Position numbers and translations under genes: made by a program. Below are positions 33,041-47,019 of a stretch of DNA of 64,000 bases, piece after piece. Location: the NCBI RefSeq assembly GCF_009914755.1, contig NC_060947.1, one strand, 5' to 3'. The notes under the pieces were generated by a model. The model did no database searches. It worked only from the letters and a program-made list of their open reading frames with translations, and had not been told where the DNA came from. Source of the DNA: the human T2T-CHM13v2.0 reference genome, Homo sapiens. The stretch's first letter is position 1, and every line of letters starts with the position of its first letter.

Positions 33041-34468
33041 TAATCACATCTGGGTTGAAATCTTACTGTTCAATGTTACTCTTTATATGGAGGTTTTATT
33101 TTAAATGAATCAATTAAATTGTCATATTTAAAGGATAACTTGGCTGAATATAAAATGCACAGACCACACTTTTTTTTTGCTGAGAACTCTTAAAGCTACT
33201 GCCCCATTCCTTTTGGGCTAGACATGGCTATGGAGAAGAATTAAACCCGTCTGCCTCTATCCCTCTTTTGTGGTTGCCTTCTTTGTGCTTGGATGCTTGA
33301 TTGAAACTCGATTACTTAATAGTTCCGTATCTTTTTCCTCGAATGGAGGGGTTTCCTTTAGATCCACAGCAGTTATCAATTTCAGTAAATGTGATATTGG
33401 CAGTACTTTATCATGCATATTCCAATTTTGTCAATTGACTCAATAATGTTCTTTATAGCATATTCCCTTGTAATGCAGGATCTTCTGTAAGTTCATGTAT
33501 TGCATTAAGTTGTCATGTTCTTTAAACCCCTTCATATGAATCAGTTCATTGGCGTTTGTCTTTTATGACATTGACATTTTAAAAAAGTACAGATCGTTGG
33601 CTTTTTAAAATAGAATGTTCCTTAGATTCCAGTTTTATATTCCCAGCCAGAATACCCAGAATACTATATACATGTTGTTGTGTCTTTCTCAGGGTCTCAC
33701 AGCCATCTGATGTCTATCTGACCCTCATTTGTGATATTAATTCTAATCCCCTCATTGAGATGTTACCCAATTCTATTGCATTACTAATATTCTAAAATGT
33801 TAACATTTGTCTTTTTCCTCTGTTCCAGCTGCATAATCTCAAACTTTTTCTCTGTCAATAATTTGATATTATACTTTGTATCCATTCTCCTTGCTGTTTC
33901 TAATTGATTCATTCAACCTCTAATAGTATTGTTCTGGTCCTCAGTATGTTTCCTTATCTCTGACATCTCCCTTTTTAGCCACACCTGTTGTTTCAGCATT
34001 TCATCTTGTTTCTTTGTCTTACTTTTATTTTCTCATTCTCAGTGTTGGCAGCTGTCCAGATCTGTTTTTCCTGACATGATGTGGGTCAGTTCTTGACCCC
34101 CTTCCAATTTACCTAAAGTTTATTTATTTTTCTCTTAAAGCTCCAATATGAGGTCTAAATCAGGTGTTCTGTACACCGTTCTCCACCCTAACAATATGAT
34201 CATGTGGGTGGAGGCAGAGAGTTCAACTGGAATTGTGTGTCCCCAGTGGACATGGACTCTACAGAATTTCTTCTGTGTCCTATGCTAGGAGTTCAGACCT
34301 CATACTTGGGGACATATCCTGTTCCTAATGTGTTGCATCTTTAGGCTTGAAATTTATGCTTCAAATTTTAAATGAATCCATAGTAAATGGCACAATCAGA
34401 CGATTTAATTTTTCTGTGTCGAATAAAATACTCAAGGCTTTTCCTTGTTTTTTCCTAGAAATTGTTAC

Positions 34469-34819
<351 letters not shown>

Positions 34820-34920
34820 TGAGAGTTACTGGTAAGAGTTTGAGTTTTTGTTGACTCACCTTTTTCTCCTCCAGTATGACTTCAGGTGACTGTAGGTAGA
34901 GGTAAGGATGAGGTTAAGAG

Positions 34921-35341
34921 CAGTGGTGTGGGGGTAAATGTTTAACAACTGGCTCTCAAAAATAAAAATCCCTAATGTATAAGGTATGCCAATTTTCATA
35001 GTATAAATACTCCCACCATCGCCAGGTTCAAGCTGCCAACGTGACACTACTAAATGTGGAACTGGCACACACATCATTATTATATAGTATTCCTACCACA
35101 CAGATAGACTAAATGTAAATGGCCTCAGGAGCATAGACAAAACCAAGATGAAATAAAACAATTAGGGAGTGATGATTTTTGAGAATTTACTACCTTTGCT
35201 TTAAATATAACTTACTAATTATAAATTTATATAATTTAATTTGTAAAATTGCTGTGTTTATGAACTGGCTCAAAAGATCTCTGAAAATTGGACTTTGGGC
35301 TCCGACAAACCCCAGTATGAAACCGCTCTAACACAGCATTG
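34921..35341. mobile_element. MER63-type hAT-Blackjack element
   Basis: CAGTGGTGTGGGGGTAAATGTTTAACAACTGGCTCTC...GCTCTAACACAGCATTG termini. Confidence 0.7.
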
Positions 35342-35801
35342 AGCCCAGAGTAAGAGACTGAATTATCCATTTCTTCCTCTGGCCACCATTTCTTTATTTT
35401 TATTTTTTATTTTTTGGCACAAGGTTGTACCCCTTTTCTTCTATGGTTGCTGTTGTTAAACTTTTGCTATTTTTTTAAACATTCCTTTTTGTTTGTATTA
35501 AGGGAAAGAAATTCTATGATTGGCTTCATCCTGCCATCTTTATTTCAAGATCTTACTCTTTTTCTTGCTCTACAAGTTTCTCTTGGTCTTTTTAGGTTTT
35601 GTGTACTATTTGGAACTGAGAAGAAAGTAATAGCATCTAAAATAGAAATCATAAGTCTTAGCTAAGTATAAACACTAACCAGAGTTGGGAAAACAGTAAG
35701 TTAAGCACTCAAGTTGAGGAACGTTAACAAAGAAACAATTGTAGAACTATGTAAAGATTTCAAACAGACAATATTCAATGATAATAATGGAGATAATTTA
35801 C

Positions 35802-35916
35802 CTTGAAGAAAGAAAGAATCCTTTTCCAACACATGGCAGATGAGCAGCCTCTTACATGTTACTTTGAAGGGTGAGGTTTGGTGAGAGGTGCCTCAGTGTA
35901 CCCAAGAGCATGTGAG
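35802..35916 (-). pseudogene. Candidate exon E
   Basis: Acceptor CTGTATTTGACCAG| and donor TTCAAG|GTAAAT; 115 nt, phase 0 to 1; LTCSWVH*GTSHQTSPFKVTCKRLLICHVLEKDSFFLQ (one stop). Bridges the phases of exons D and F. Confidence 0.58.
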
Positions 35917-36139
35917 CTGGTCAAATACAGGTAATTTGTTTTATATATATATGTTGGCCAAATTATTTATACATACACACACACACATACATGTACACAC
36001 ATACACACAACATATATATAATTTTTTGAAAAAAATTCTATACGGAGAAATTAAAAGTGTTTTTAAAGGATTACTTATTAAATGATTCCTCACTGAATCA
36101 AATCATAGATTCTAGTCAGTATTTCCAAAAATACAAGTT

Positions 36140-36315
36140 ATTCCCAGCTCTGGCTGAACATTAAAATCACCTGGGGAGCTTTTAAAAAGCACCAATGCCA
36201 GGACCCCACTCCAAAAAATTGTGATTGAATTGGGCTAGGGTGGAGCTGTGCTATTAGTATTTTTGAAAAGCTCCCCAGGTGATTTTCATCAGCAGCCAGG
36301 GTTGAGAATCCCTGT
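36140..36315. mobile_element. MER5A-type
   Basis: AATCACCTGGGGAGCTT...AGCTCCCCAGGTGATT inverted structure. Confidence 0.8.
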
Positions 36316-36971
36316 CATAATGTAACATTTACCATTTTATTAATACTTCAGAGAATTTACTAAAGTAAATGTATTCGCCCCATAAGACAGTAATGAATAG
36401 GAAAAAAGGTAAATTTCCTGGAGATATTTAAAGAAAAACCAGATAATCACAACGTCATGAAGGTCTGTTTTGGCTGGGCCTCCAAATGTTTTATAATTTT
36501 TAAAAAAACCTATGCAATGACTTATGGAGCAAAAGTTTAACCATTATAATAATAGCTTAAAGCTACATACTGAAAAATAGCATGTTTTCAGTTTTTCTTT
36601 TGGAGTTCAGGATTGTCATGATCGGGACAACAGCATGTACAGTTATTCATCAGGCGGGGAGAGACCCCATGAACCTTCTACAATAAAATTCTATTGATGT
36701 GTTTTAGTTAAAGGGGGAGCCAAAATTTATCCTTTCTGAGCAAGCTGTTTCTCAGGAAGACAAATTAAAATGATAAATAAGATTTTAAGGGGAGATCTCT
36801 AAAATATTGAACCGAATCAACTTCCCCCAAGGACTTGATTACAAGGGAATTAATAGACTTAATAGATGCGGTAATTATCTACTCATCAAAACAGGATCCC
36901 CGAAGATCTCTTCTACTTTTCAAGTTAGATTTAATTATTGAGTGTATTTAAAATAATATAGATACATTTCT

Positions 36972-37545
36972 CTATTAATCAGGACTCTTTTGGTTGCACA
37001 TAAATCCAATTCATTTAAAGTTAAGAAGAGAAGGAATTTATTGGGTCAAATGACTAAAAATTCTAGAGACAGATTTCAGGCAAGGCTGGATCTAGGGTCT
37101 CAAACAATGTCATCAGATATCGGTCTTGTCCTTTCCATCTGTCTTCTGTTTTCCCTGCAAGTAGACTCCATTCTTAGGCAGATTGTCTCCTCATGGTAGC
37201 AAGATGGCTGCCAGTGGCTCTAGGCTTTCCTACAGCTGTTCAGCAGCCCCAGCAGAACATCACTCCATCTCAACGGTGCCAACAAAAATCACAAAATTGA
37301 GTCTTACTGGCTCGGATTGGCCTGGTTTGGGCCCCTCCTTGAGCCAATCTCCATATGCACTGGGGTGCCATATTCTGATTGCCCAGGATTTTTTCACATG
37401 CTTACCCCTGGAACTGGAGTGGGGTCAATTCCACCTGATTTACATGATTGAGGGTGGGGTAGAGTGTGGTTACCCAAAGGGAGATTGCTATCAGAAGACT
37501 TGGGGAATAGATGTTGAGCCAAGAAAAACAGGTTCACCACGATTT
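36972..37545 (-). mobile_element. Old MLT1 (K/L-like) LTR
   Basis: TATTAATCAGGACTCTTTTGGTTGCA, TTCAGGCAAGGCTGGATCTAGGGTCTCAAA, CAAGATGGCTGCCAG. Confidence 0.7.
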
Positions 37546-38100
37546 AGACAAATAATTTCAAATTAAACTTCCCCACCTCTCTTTACTCCAACTTCCCATA
37601 CAGCTACAACCACTGAGGCTTTATCGTATCTTAGAAGTTATTTTGTTTCTCAAAATTCAAGTATCCTATATCCCTTTGGTATCGTGAATAAATATCTTTG
37701 GATAAGAGTTAGGTACTTAAGCAATAAATGCTGAAGGGGGATTGTGCTATATGAGGCTACTACTAAAGTTTGATATATTACCTTTTTATTTGCCTCAAGA
37801 GAGCTAAATTTTATTTGGTATGAGAAATGTAACTTTTTAAAGAATAGATTAACATGGCTGAAGACACTGCTCTCTTTAGTGACAGAGACAAAAAGCCTTA
37901 TGTCCAAGTTTCCCTTGAACCCAAAGCAGATGTCTTGAGGTTATTTTCAAACTAGAAGGAAGCACACCCTGAATGGATGAGAATATCAATATAAACTACC
38001 TCAGAAACACCATCAGTTTCCACAGTTCTGAGGTGTACTGTTAGAAGCGAGTTAGGGACCAGTGTTGAAAGAGTTTATGGTTTCTATTTTGTTAGTCCCA

Positions 38101-38495
38101 GTCGTCATGGCAACCCACGGGTTCTACATAAAGCCTGAAGCCAGCAGACATGTAATGGAATACATTCCTCCGTGTGAGTCAAGCCTTGTTGAAAAGGAAG
38201 CAATCACCCTGTTATGGAAATAAATCATAAACTCCTATGAACTGCCCAGCGTTGAAATAAGCAACTTTTTTGGAATCACATTTCCCCCTCCTCCCACATA
38301 TTTTTGATGATAAGTAAGTTGGCAGCGCTTCATTTCTGATGAGACTGTCCATTCCATCTTTGAGAAGGGGCGTGGTAATCTGTGGCCTGCCTGTCTACCT
38401 CCCGAGATTTCAGCAAGGATCAGATGAGAAAGTACGTGAGAGAACTGTGAACAATGCATTGGGCTACACTAACGTGGCTAGTGCTATTGGTTAGA
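38101..38495. promoter_or_regulatory. Candidate promoter/enhancer motif cluster (RFX X-box, AP-1, GC/KLF box, CCAAT)
   Basis: GTCGTCATGGCAAC 38101-38114; TGAGTCA 38175-38181; GGGGCGTGGT 38367-38376; ATTGG 38486-38490, in repeat-free sequence. Confidence 0.4.
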
Positions 38496-38674
38496 AGTCC
38501 TTAACATTCAGAAATGGAAGTTCCAGATATTATTTTCACCCACCACTGAGCCATTAGAGACAACTTCCTTTGACATACATACTAATATTTTGTTCAGTCT
38601 AAAAACCCAAGTGACAAAACTTCCACTGTTCCCCTGGGGCATCCTGTTCCACCACAGAGCCAGCAAGTTCATGC

Positions 38675-38960
38675 CAGTAGAATATAGTGTTTAATAGCTT
38701 GGACTTTGGAATCAGACAGATGTGGATTCAAATCCCAGCTCTGCTGCTTTGTAGCAATGGGAACTCAGGCGTGTTACTTAACATTTTTGCATTTCAGATT
38801 CTCGTTTATAAAATGGAGGTAATGGCACCTTCTTCATAGAGCTGTGAGGAAAATTCAATACAATAATGTTAATACAATAACGTTAATACAGTAATGTTAA
38901 TAAAAGCACCTAGCGGTCTCTGGCACATAGGGACAAATACATGTTAGATATAATTGTTAT
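38675..38960 (+). mobile_element. MIR with internal 14-bp x3 tandem (38857-38902)
   Basis: GGACTTTGGAATCAGACAGATGTGGATTCAAATCCCAGCTCTG; AATACAATAATGTT units. Confidence 0.85.
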
Positions 38961-39035
38961 TAGCTTTATTCTCTTGGGACATGACCATTTTTACTTTCTT
39001 GCTAATTCTTGTTGGAAGTGTTTCTTACCATATTA

Positions 39036-39445
<410 letters not shown>

Positions 39446-39593
39446 TTATCTCATTGATTAGAATAAATACAAACCATTGATTGGTTTATCCTTGAAAAGT
39501 AGATTTCATAACAAAGATTCTTAGCATCTTTTGTTACTTATTGTCCAGTATTATTATTATTGGCTTTACTGGACTATGCTGACCCCAACTCAC

Positions 39594-39909
39594 CACTATG
39601 TTTTCACGGGACCTCCTTGGCTCAGATATGAGGACATTGTTAAAGTGTCAGTGGGAGAACCCACTTCTGGCAGGCGGGATAATGGGGGTCAGCGGTGACA
39701 GCCATACACTCCCTGATGCCTTCACCTGGCAGGGAGCTGGGCTTGGATGGTCCACAAAAGCCACGTTGCACAATTTTGGCAGCAAGTTTCATCCATTATT
39801 TATCCATTACGTGCACAACCTGGTTAGATGCCTGCAGCTTGGGCCTGAGCTCTTCATCATTCCAGCATTGTCAGCCTGAGCCGACCGGTTTCTGCTTCTA
39901 GGAACGTTC
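39594..39909 (-). pseudogene. Candidate exon D: TAGT-like core
   Basis: Acceptor CCCCTCTCTAAAG| and donor ATAGTG|GTGAGT; 316 nt (315+1, one inferred frameshift near 39800). DEELRPKLQASNQVVHVMDK, then *NLLPKLCNVAF...VWLSPLT...GFSH*HFNNVLISEPRRSRENIV. Confidence 0.68.
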
Positions 39910-41022
39910 CTTTAGAGAGGGGTGGAAATTCCACCAAACTCCAGAATTCCTTCAAACTCCTGAACTGGTGAACCCTTGAGCAGATTCTTCTAATAGACTC
40001 AGAAGAACAGGATTTGGAACTGCACATTTGCATAGGATCAGTTTTTCCAAGAAATGTAGCCCTCCCTTTGGATAATTAATTTGGAAACATTGGCGATTCC
40101 TTCTACCTGGCCACATTTGTTTTCCCCATCTTCTTGGAGACTGACCTTAAAATAGTTTCTCTATTTTCATCCTTCCAGAGATTTCATGTATTCTTTTCCA
40201 GCATCTTCATTAATTTTAATACCAGGCTGATTTTTCTCTGCCATAAAAGGTTTTTAGGTTCTTTAATGATAGCTCCTTGATTCCTCCTGAACTTGCTTCT
40301 CCAGCACAGAGTACAGTTCAACAAAAGGGATTTTTACAAGCACACCACATCCCTTAGTGACCAACATGATAAGTAATATATTCTTGGCCTCTCCTTCACC
40401 AGCAAGCCTCGATAGCTGGGTTGTGTGGGGAGGGAGGTGGGTACAGTAGTGAATTCCCAGAGCAGATTTTTTCCTCTTTACTCAAAGACACCTTGAGGAC
40501 CTCATGTTCAACTCAGAACTATTTTGGGCAAAAAGGAGACAGGACATTTGATACCTTTGTGTCTGGGAAAATCCTTCCCAAATAGCATTAAGACTCTCAT
40601 CTCTTTGCAGCTGCTAATGGGTCGGTCAAATGCTGATTACACCACCCTTGCCTTTGTCTGTACTCTGAACCTAAGACCACTTCCTTTTAGTCTGGGCATT
40701 TCTTTAGTTAGAAACACAACCTGAAGGGAAAAATGTTTTTGATTAGAGTCTGAGGCAATTTTTTAAAAAGACTTCATGTGCTCCAAAATTATTTTATTCC
40801 ATCCGACCAAATAGCCTGGTGTCTATTTTTAAAAATATCGATTATGCCCTGCAATAAACTTGCCATTTTCAGAACAACACAAACTCTAAGGCAATAATAG
40901 TGATCTGTAGTTATATTGGTAAACTAGGGGTACCTAACTTAATTGGAGTGTGGTTTTTAAATTGCAAAGTTGTAAATATTATTTACAATTTCTTCACTAA
41001 TGGAGCTGTAATTTCATGCAGA

Positions 41023-41248
41023 AAAGGGCTCCTCACCCTCAGCACCATTGACATTTGGGCCGGAGAATTCTTTGTTAGAGAGTAGTGTTCGGGGTCCTAT
41101 GCATTATGGGATGTTTAGCAGCACCCCTGATCTGTACCCACTAGATGCCAGCAGAATTCTCATTCCAGTTGTGACAACCAAAAATGTCTTCAGACATTGC
41201 CAAGCATCCCCTCGGGGACACAACAGCCCCCTGGTTGAGACACACTGA
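41023..41248 (+). mobile_element. MER20 hAT element
   Basis: GCACCATTGACATTTGGGCCGGA...GTTGTGACAACCAAAAATGTCTTCAGACATTGCCAA. Confidence 0.88.
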
Positions 41249-41937
41249 TGTACAGGACCCCGTGACTCAGTCTTTGCCTTGCTTGCTTTTCTGGACTGTG
41301 AAAATCTTAGAGTCTGATGAAAAATAAGAACACATTAAGTCCCAGAATGTCCCATTTCGACTCTATTATTATAAAATCCTTTACTTTTCTCATTTGACAT
41401 TTTTAGGAAAACAATAACATTTCCAAATATAGTTATGATATATAAACATTGGCCCCTGGCACATCTCACCTCTCTGCTAATGGGTCAACAAGAACAGGAC
41501 TTTTCGTGAGGTTTCCCAAGAGCTTGCAGGCCCCCTCTCTGGCCTAGTTCACTGAGGGCCAGGGTAAAACTACTCATTAGCAAAGTGACTAATCTACAGG
41601 CCCATTAGTTGAAACAGTCAGTGAGGGGAAAAGGAGCATAATGTTTCCTGTGTGCTGTTTTCTTTTTTAAAGTTTAATATGCAGTCGTCTAATGAGTGGC
41701 CACGTCCAAGTTGGTTTTACAAATTGGCAAGTTTGGTCTTTTGCTGTCCAAGTACTTCCAGGCTCATCAGGATTTCTATAGGCCCTGAAGTAAAAGGAAA
41801 ATGGTGGCATCCCATGCATTCTCTGCTCTAATAACTGCTCCTCTACCCCATCTCCGCTTTCCTTTGCCATCCAGCTTCTTCCTGACTTAGGCTTTCTTGC
41901 TATTCTGAAGACCGCCTGACCATCCCACCCACTCCCC

Positions 41938-42272
41938 TAAGCTTGGAAAGAGGCAAAGAAAAGAGCAGTAACCAGAACCTGGAAGAGAAGCTGTGGGGGC
42001 ATCCATCTTGTGGGAGCTGGTTGGTACACCACAAAACCCAGCAAGCCATGTTGACCTAGCGGGGAGGGGACCTGGAGAATAAGTAGCCCAACCTCACTCT
42101 CTCCTGCCCTCCCGTTCCTGCCGCAACCTTCTATTGGCCAAACCCAACCAGAAGAGGGAGAGCAAGGGAGCCTGATGATGCCATCCATATGGGGCGGCCT
42201 TCCCAGGCATACAGCAGAGTGGAGGAGAAGGAAGAATGGATCTGGGGAACAAACGGAAGATATCTAGCCCAC
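41938..42272 (-). mobile_element. LTR33-type ERVL LTR
   Basis: CCCAACCTCACTCTCTCCTGCCCTCC...ATTGGCCAAACCCAACCAGAAG...CAAACGGAAGATATCTAGC. Confidence 0.7.
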
Positions 42273-43040
42273 ACTGCAATCCCAAGGAACATCAGAAGCC
42301 CTTGGAGTAGGGAAAGATGTCACTTGAAAATTCTCCCCTGGTAATTCCCCTATGTCCTCTGGGGTGGAGACAAGCTGCCTTAAAGCATGATGGAATTTTT
42401 CAAAGCTCTCTAACCCCCTGCAGAGGGTTCCATTGCCGAACTACCCAGAAATAGACTCAGCTTCTACAATCACCATTCCATTCTATGCCTTTTCCACTTA
42501 CCCATTGTTTTTCTGATTTCTGCATGAATCTGTAGGAAGATCATTTGCTAATCTGTTTTCTCCTCACTTTGGTGTTCACAGTCACTTCAACTCCATATAA
42601 TATTCTTACGTAAAGCAAACTTTTAAAATCAGCTTTATTAAGGTATATCTGACAAATAATAAGCATTTCACTTCACATGGGAGGTCATGAATATTCCTTC
42701 ATAGAAGAGTGTGGGCATCCCTAGCACGTGGACAAACTGTGTTGGCCTCTGGGGTTTTTGGTTTGTTGGTTTGGGTGGGGAGGGGAGTGTTATTGGGGTT
42801 TTTTTCTGAGAAGCACACAAAATCACACTGCTTTCTGGAAAAGGTACCATCTCAAATTAATAGCACTACGAAAAATGTGAAATCCTGGTGAACAGCAGAA
42901 TGATACTGCATATACCCACCTAAATTTGAAGTGTCTCTCAAAGCATCCCCACTACTTAGAAATATCAGTGACAATGTAGTTTCTGATTGACTACTAAGAG
43001 AGTTTTACAAGGTATGATTTATAAGCTAATTTAAATATAG

Positions 43041-43378
<338 letters not shown>

Positions 43379-44024
43379 TAGCAATCTCCTTGCATAGCAA
43401 AATAAGTAAATCTCACAAAGAAAATGAATATGGGAAACTAATGTTAGTATCATCAAAACACAATAGACAAGAATAATGGAAGTTGTAGGAGTTACCCTTC
43501 AGTTTACATTTAAATCTACAAACATCATTGTGGGATGGTTACACCTAGATAAGTTATTAGTGTCCATTAATAAGTACAGCTTTTATTTCAAAAGCATATT
43601 TGAATTTGACCACTAATATATGTAAAGCAAGAAACCAAGTTTAACCAACTTCAATATTAACAAATAATTAGCTTTTACAATTGAAGTGTAAGCAGAGATA
43701 ATCCCTGAATATTATCATTCTTTCTATCCTTACTGCTAAGTTTTTAACTATTACATTTACATTTTTGTGTATGTTTGATACTCAGAGATACACATATAAT
43801 GACGTAGCTTGTGTTTTTGTTTGAGAAACTTAAAATTATGCTCTGATATTATGCCAAAAAAAAAAAGACTTGAATTCGCTACCACACCTGAAGTTGACAC
43901 AAAATCTGCTAATCTACATACTCTTCAGAAGCTGCTGTGAATTTCTAATTTCTGGTAGGGTTGAGGAACAAAAGCCATCTATATCCAAGACCAGTTTTAC
44001 ATGTGGGTGAAGTCAGTGGTTTAT

Positions 44025-44990
44025 TATTTCAACAAAAATTAATTGAGCTCCTCCTATATGTGGGGCCCTGTGCTAGATGCTAGAAATGTAGTGTAAATGT
44101 GACAGGAAATGTCCTGATTATGTTTCAACAGAGGAGACAGACAACAGGTCAACAAATAAGTAGGCGGTGTCATTCCAGGGGGTGATAAGTCCTCTGATGG
44201 TGTGAAAGGATAGGAAGTGGCTAGGTGGGTGGCTGTCTTAATAGGATAGTCAGGGAAGGCGTCTCTGAGGAGATGTTGTTTAAGCAAATATCAAAATTGG
44301 TGGCTCATGCCTGTAATTTCAACACTTTGGGAGGCCGAGGCAGGAGGATCCCTTGAGTACAGGAATTCGAAACCAGCCTGGCTGATGTGGTGAAACCCCG
44401 TCTCTACAAAAAATACAAAAATTAGCTGAGCATGGGGGCGTGCACCTATAGCCCCAGCTACTCACAGGAGGATCGCTTGAGCCCAGGAGGCTGAGGTTGC
44501 AGTGAGCCATGATCGCACCACTGCACTTCAGCCCAGGTGACAGAGCAAGACCCTGTCTCAGAACAAACAAACAAACAAACAAACAAACCCACGAGTGGAA
44601 GAGTGAGCCATGAGAGTACCTGGAGAGTGTTCTCAGCAGAGGGAATGGCAAGCGCAAAGGCCCTGAGGTGAGAATAACCTTGATATATCCCAAAAACAAC
44701 AAGAAGGCCAATGTGGGTGGTCTGGAGTGAGCACAACATGGGATCAGAGGCAGAATCCAGCTAATGCCAGGCTTTGTACACATAGGAAGGCACTGGGGTT
44801 TCATTCTAAGTGCGATAAGAAAAACTACTGGAGGATTTTAAAGGCGAGGAATGAGCTGATTGAACTTGAATGAATAGTTCTGGCAGCTGTGTGGAGAATG
44901 GATGAGGAGGGGCAGAGAGACTGTGGGATAGTCTAAGCAGGAGATGATGACAGCTTTCTACAAGGTGAAATTGGGAGCATATCAAGAAGA
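44025..44990 (-). mobile_element. L2 fragment interrupted by AluJ (~44299-44590)
   Basis: TTGAGCTCCTCCTATATGTG...GTCAGGGAAGGCGTCTCTGAGGAG...GCAAAGGCCCTGAGG. Confidence 0.8.
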
Positions 44991-44997
44991 TCTTCTT

Positions 44998-45166
44998 TAG
45001 CCAGGCATGGTGGCACATGCCTGTAAGTCCCAGTTACTCATGAAGCTGAGGTGGGAGGATCACTTGATCCCAGGAGGTCGAGGCTGCAGTGAGCCAAGAT
45101 CGTGCTACTGCACTCCAGCCTGGGCGACAGGGCAAGACCCTGTCTCAAAAATTTAAAAAAAAAAAA
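44998..45166 (+). mobile_element. Alu right arm (FRAM/AluJ)
   Basis: TAGCCAGGCATGGTGGC...GAGGTCGAGGCTGCAG...poly(A). Confidence 0.85.
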
Positions 45167-45563
45167 TCTCAAAAAGACCTTGTCCTAAAATATCTTCCCC
45201 ACTACCCACCACCCATTCTAGAAATTCCATCTCACATGTACTAAAATCAGAAGGATACAAACATGACTAGCACGGCACCTGTGCGAGGTAGTAGTTCATT
45301 TGTTTCAACATGGCATTTTTCTGGGCATTCCTTGAAGTTGCAGGCATATAACATCAGTTCACCAGCTGCGTGGTACCAATGAGTTTATCAGGGCATTTTC
45401 CCCTAGGTCAGGCTGAAATGGGCAGCATGGTGGGGAACCCTGGCCTCAGCAGAAAGAAAGGAGAAAAATGGAAAAAACTTCTTCAGTGGAGGAAGAAGTC
45501 TGTAGTGGGCACTGAATAAGTACCTGTTGAAGAAAAGAACCTTTCCTGTCTTTTCTATCTTAC

Positions 45564-45980
45564 CCAGAGCTGACCCAGCGTGTTGAGTAGGCCACCAAAT
45601 GGCCCACAGTCATCAACACCAAGGACCAGGATCAAAACATAGAAGACATGTAGGTGTGGACTCAGCCCCACTAGACCAGACAAGTGGGTGATCAGCTGGC
45701 AGAACTCCCCATAGCGGCTGCAGTCCTGCAGCTTGGAAGACAGGCAGGCCTCTGTGAGGAAGCTGCTTGACCTGCCTTCCAGAAGGGCTCTGAGGACACA
45801 GGCCATGACTATACACAGCTAGGGATACCCAGTAGCCTCTGAGCCTGTGGCCATGACCCTCTGGAGGTTGTGCAGCTGTATACCCCCTGAACTCTGGAAG
45901 ACAGGCCCGCAGGAGGAGCGAGGGGTCTTGTGGATGTGGACTCTGAGCTAGGACACATCATTGCTTTGCAGAGCAAAGCC
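45564..45980 (-). pseudogene. Candidate exon C: start of TAGT-like glycosyltransferase region
   Basis: Acceptor TACTAATGATTGCAG| and donor CTCTGG|GTAAGA; 417 nt = 139 codons, phase 0-0. One frame with only two TAG stops (45950-45948, 45821-45819): GFALQSNDVS*LRVHIHKTPRSSCGPVFQSSGGIQLHNLQRVMAT...VLILVLGVDDCGPFGGLLNTLGQLW. Confidence 0.7.
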
Positions 45981-47019
45981 CTGCAATCATTAGTACTCAC
46001 TCCACATGCAAAAGAACTCCCTGCCTGTCTCATGGTTTGTACCCATTTTGTTCTGCTTATGCAAGAGTAGCGTTTAGGGCTGGGTCTTCCCTAAACCCTA
46101 CTCTTGCACCAATGGATCCTGGTGATCATAATCACCAGAGGTAAATATGTGCATTGTCCTGACCTGAATGTTTATATTGGTTCACTCACCGGGTCCCAGC
46201 ACAGTGGTAAATAAGGTACTGCTATCTTCATTCTCCAAGGGAGTCTCAGAGAAGTTAAGTCATTCGCCCAAGGTCCCAAACCTAGAACCCAAATCTGGGC
46301 TTCCTCATGCCGAATCCAAGGCTTTTCTCATAATCCCAGCTCACAGTATCACAGGTAGATCATAGCAAATCTTAAATTCACGTGTGTTGGAAAGAAGGGA
46401 GGGAGACATCAAGTGGGGAGGGGGTGATTATGTCATATCTTTAGAGAACTGATCAAACAGTGAATTGAAGCACTTGGATGCCAACCAGTTCTCTAAGCTC
46501 AGTTTCTGAAAATTTTGACCTCTGATAAAATTATTTCCTGGGTGGAAGATCATTAGATGTCAAATCAATCATGTTGGCAAGATGGACTTTAGGGAGTTTT
46601 AACTCCCTATCCACCCTTTCCCCATCCCTACCTCCCACCCTTTTCAGGGCAGGTTTACATTTAATTCTATATTGATCAGGGAGCCAAAACAAATTTATAT
46701 TTAACTTTCTAAAAAAAAAAAAGCTAGATGTTTATCAAACCTCTATTGTGTGTAAAGCAAAAGTCCAAGGGCCATGGGGAAGCTATGTTTCCTGGAACCT
46801 CAGAGTTTAGAATGTAGTGTAGAACTGAGTCTAATTTACTTAACCTCATAAGACCTTAACCTTCTTATCTGTGAATGGAGATGATAGTGCCTACCTCATA
46901 GGATTGTTGTGGGGATTAAAGGAGAATGTGCCATATACACTAGTGCATAATAGATGCTCAAAAACATATAGCAATGACTCCATTCCTGGAAGGGTCAGTA
47001 TGTTCTTAAGTAACCAAAT

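Noticed and set aside
41470-41784. 315-nt minus-strand block with good acceptor (CCTTTTACTTCAG|) and donor (GAG|GTGAGA) as an extra coding exon
   Set aside because: Many stops, no GREB1-like motif, and the recalled alignment joins exon C directly to exon D. Could still be a noncoding exon.
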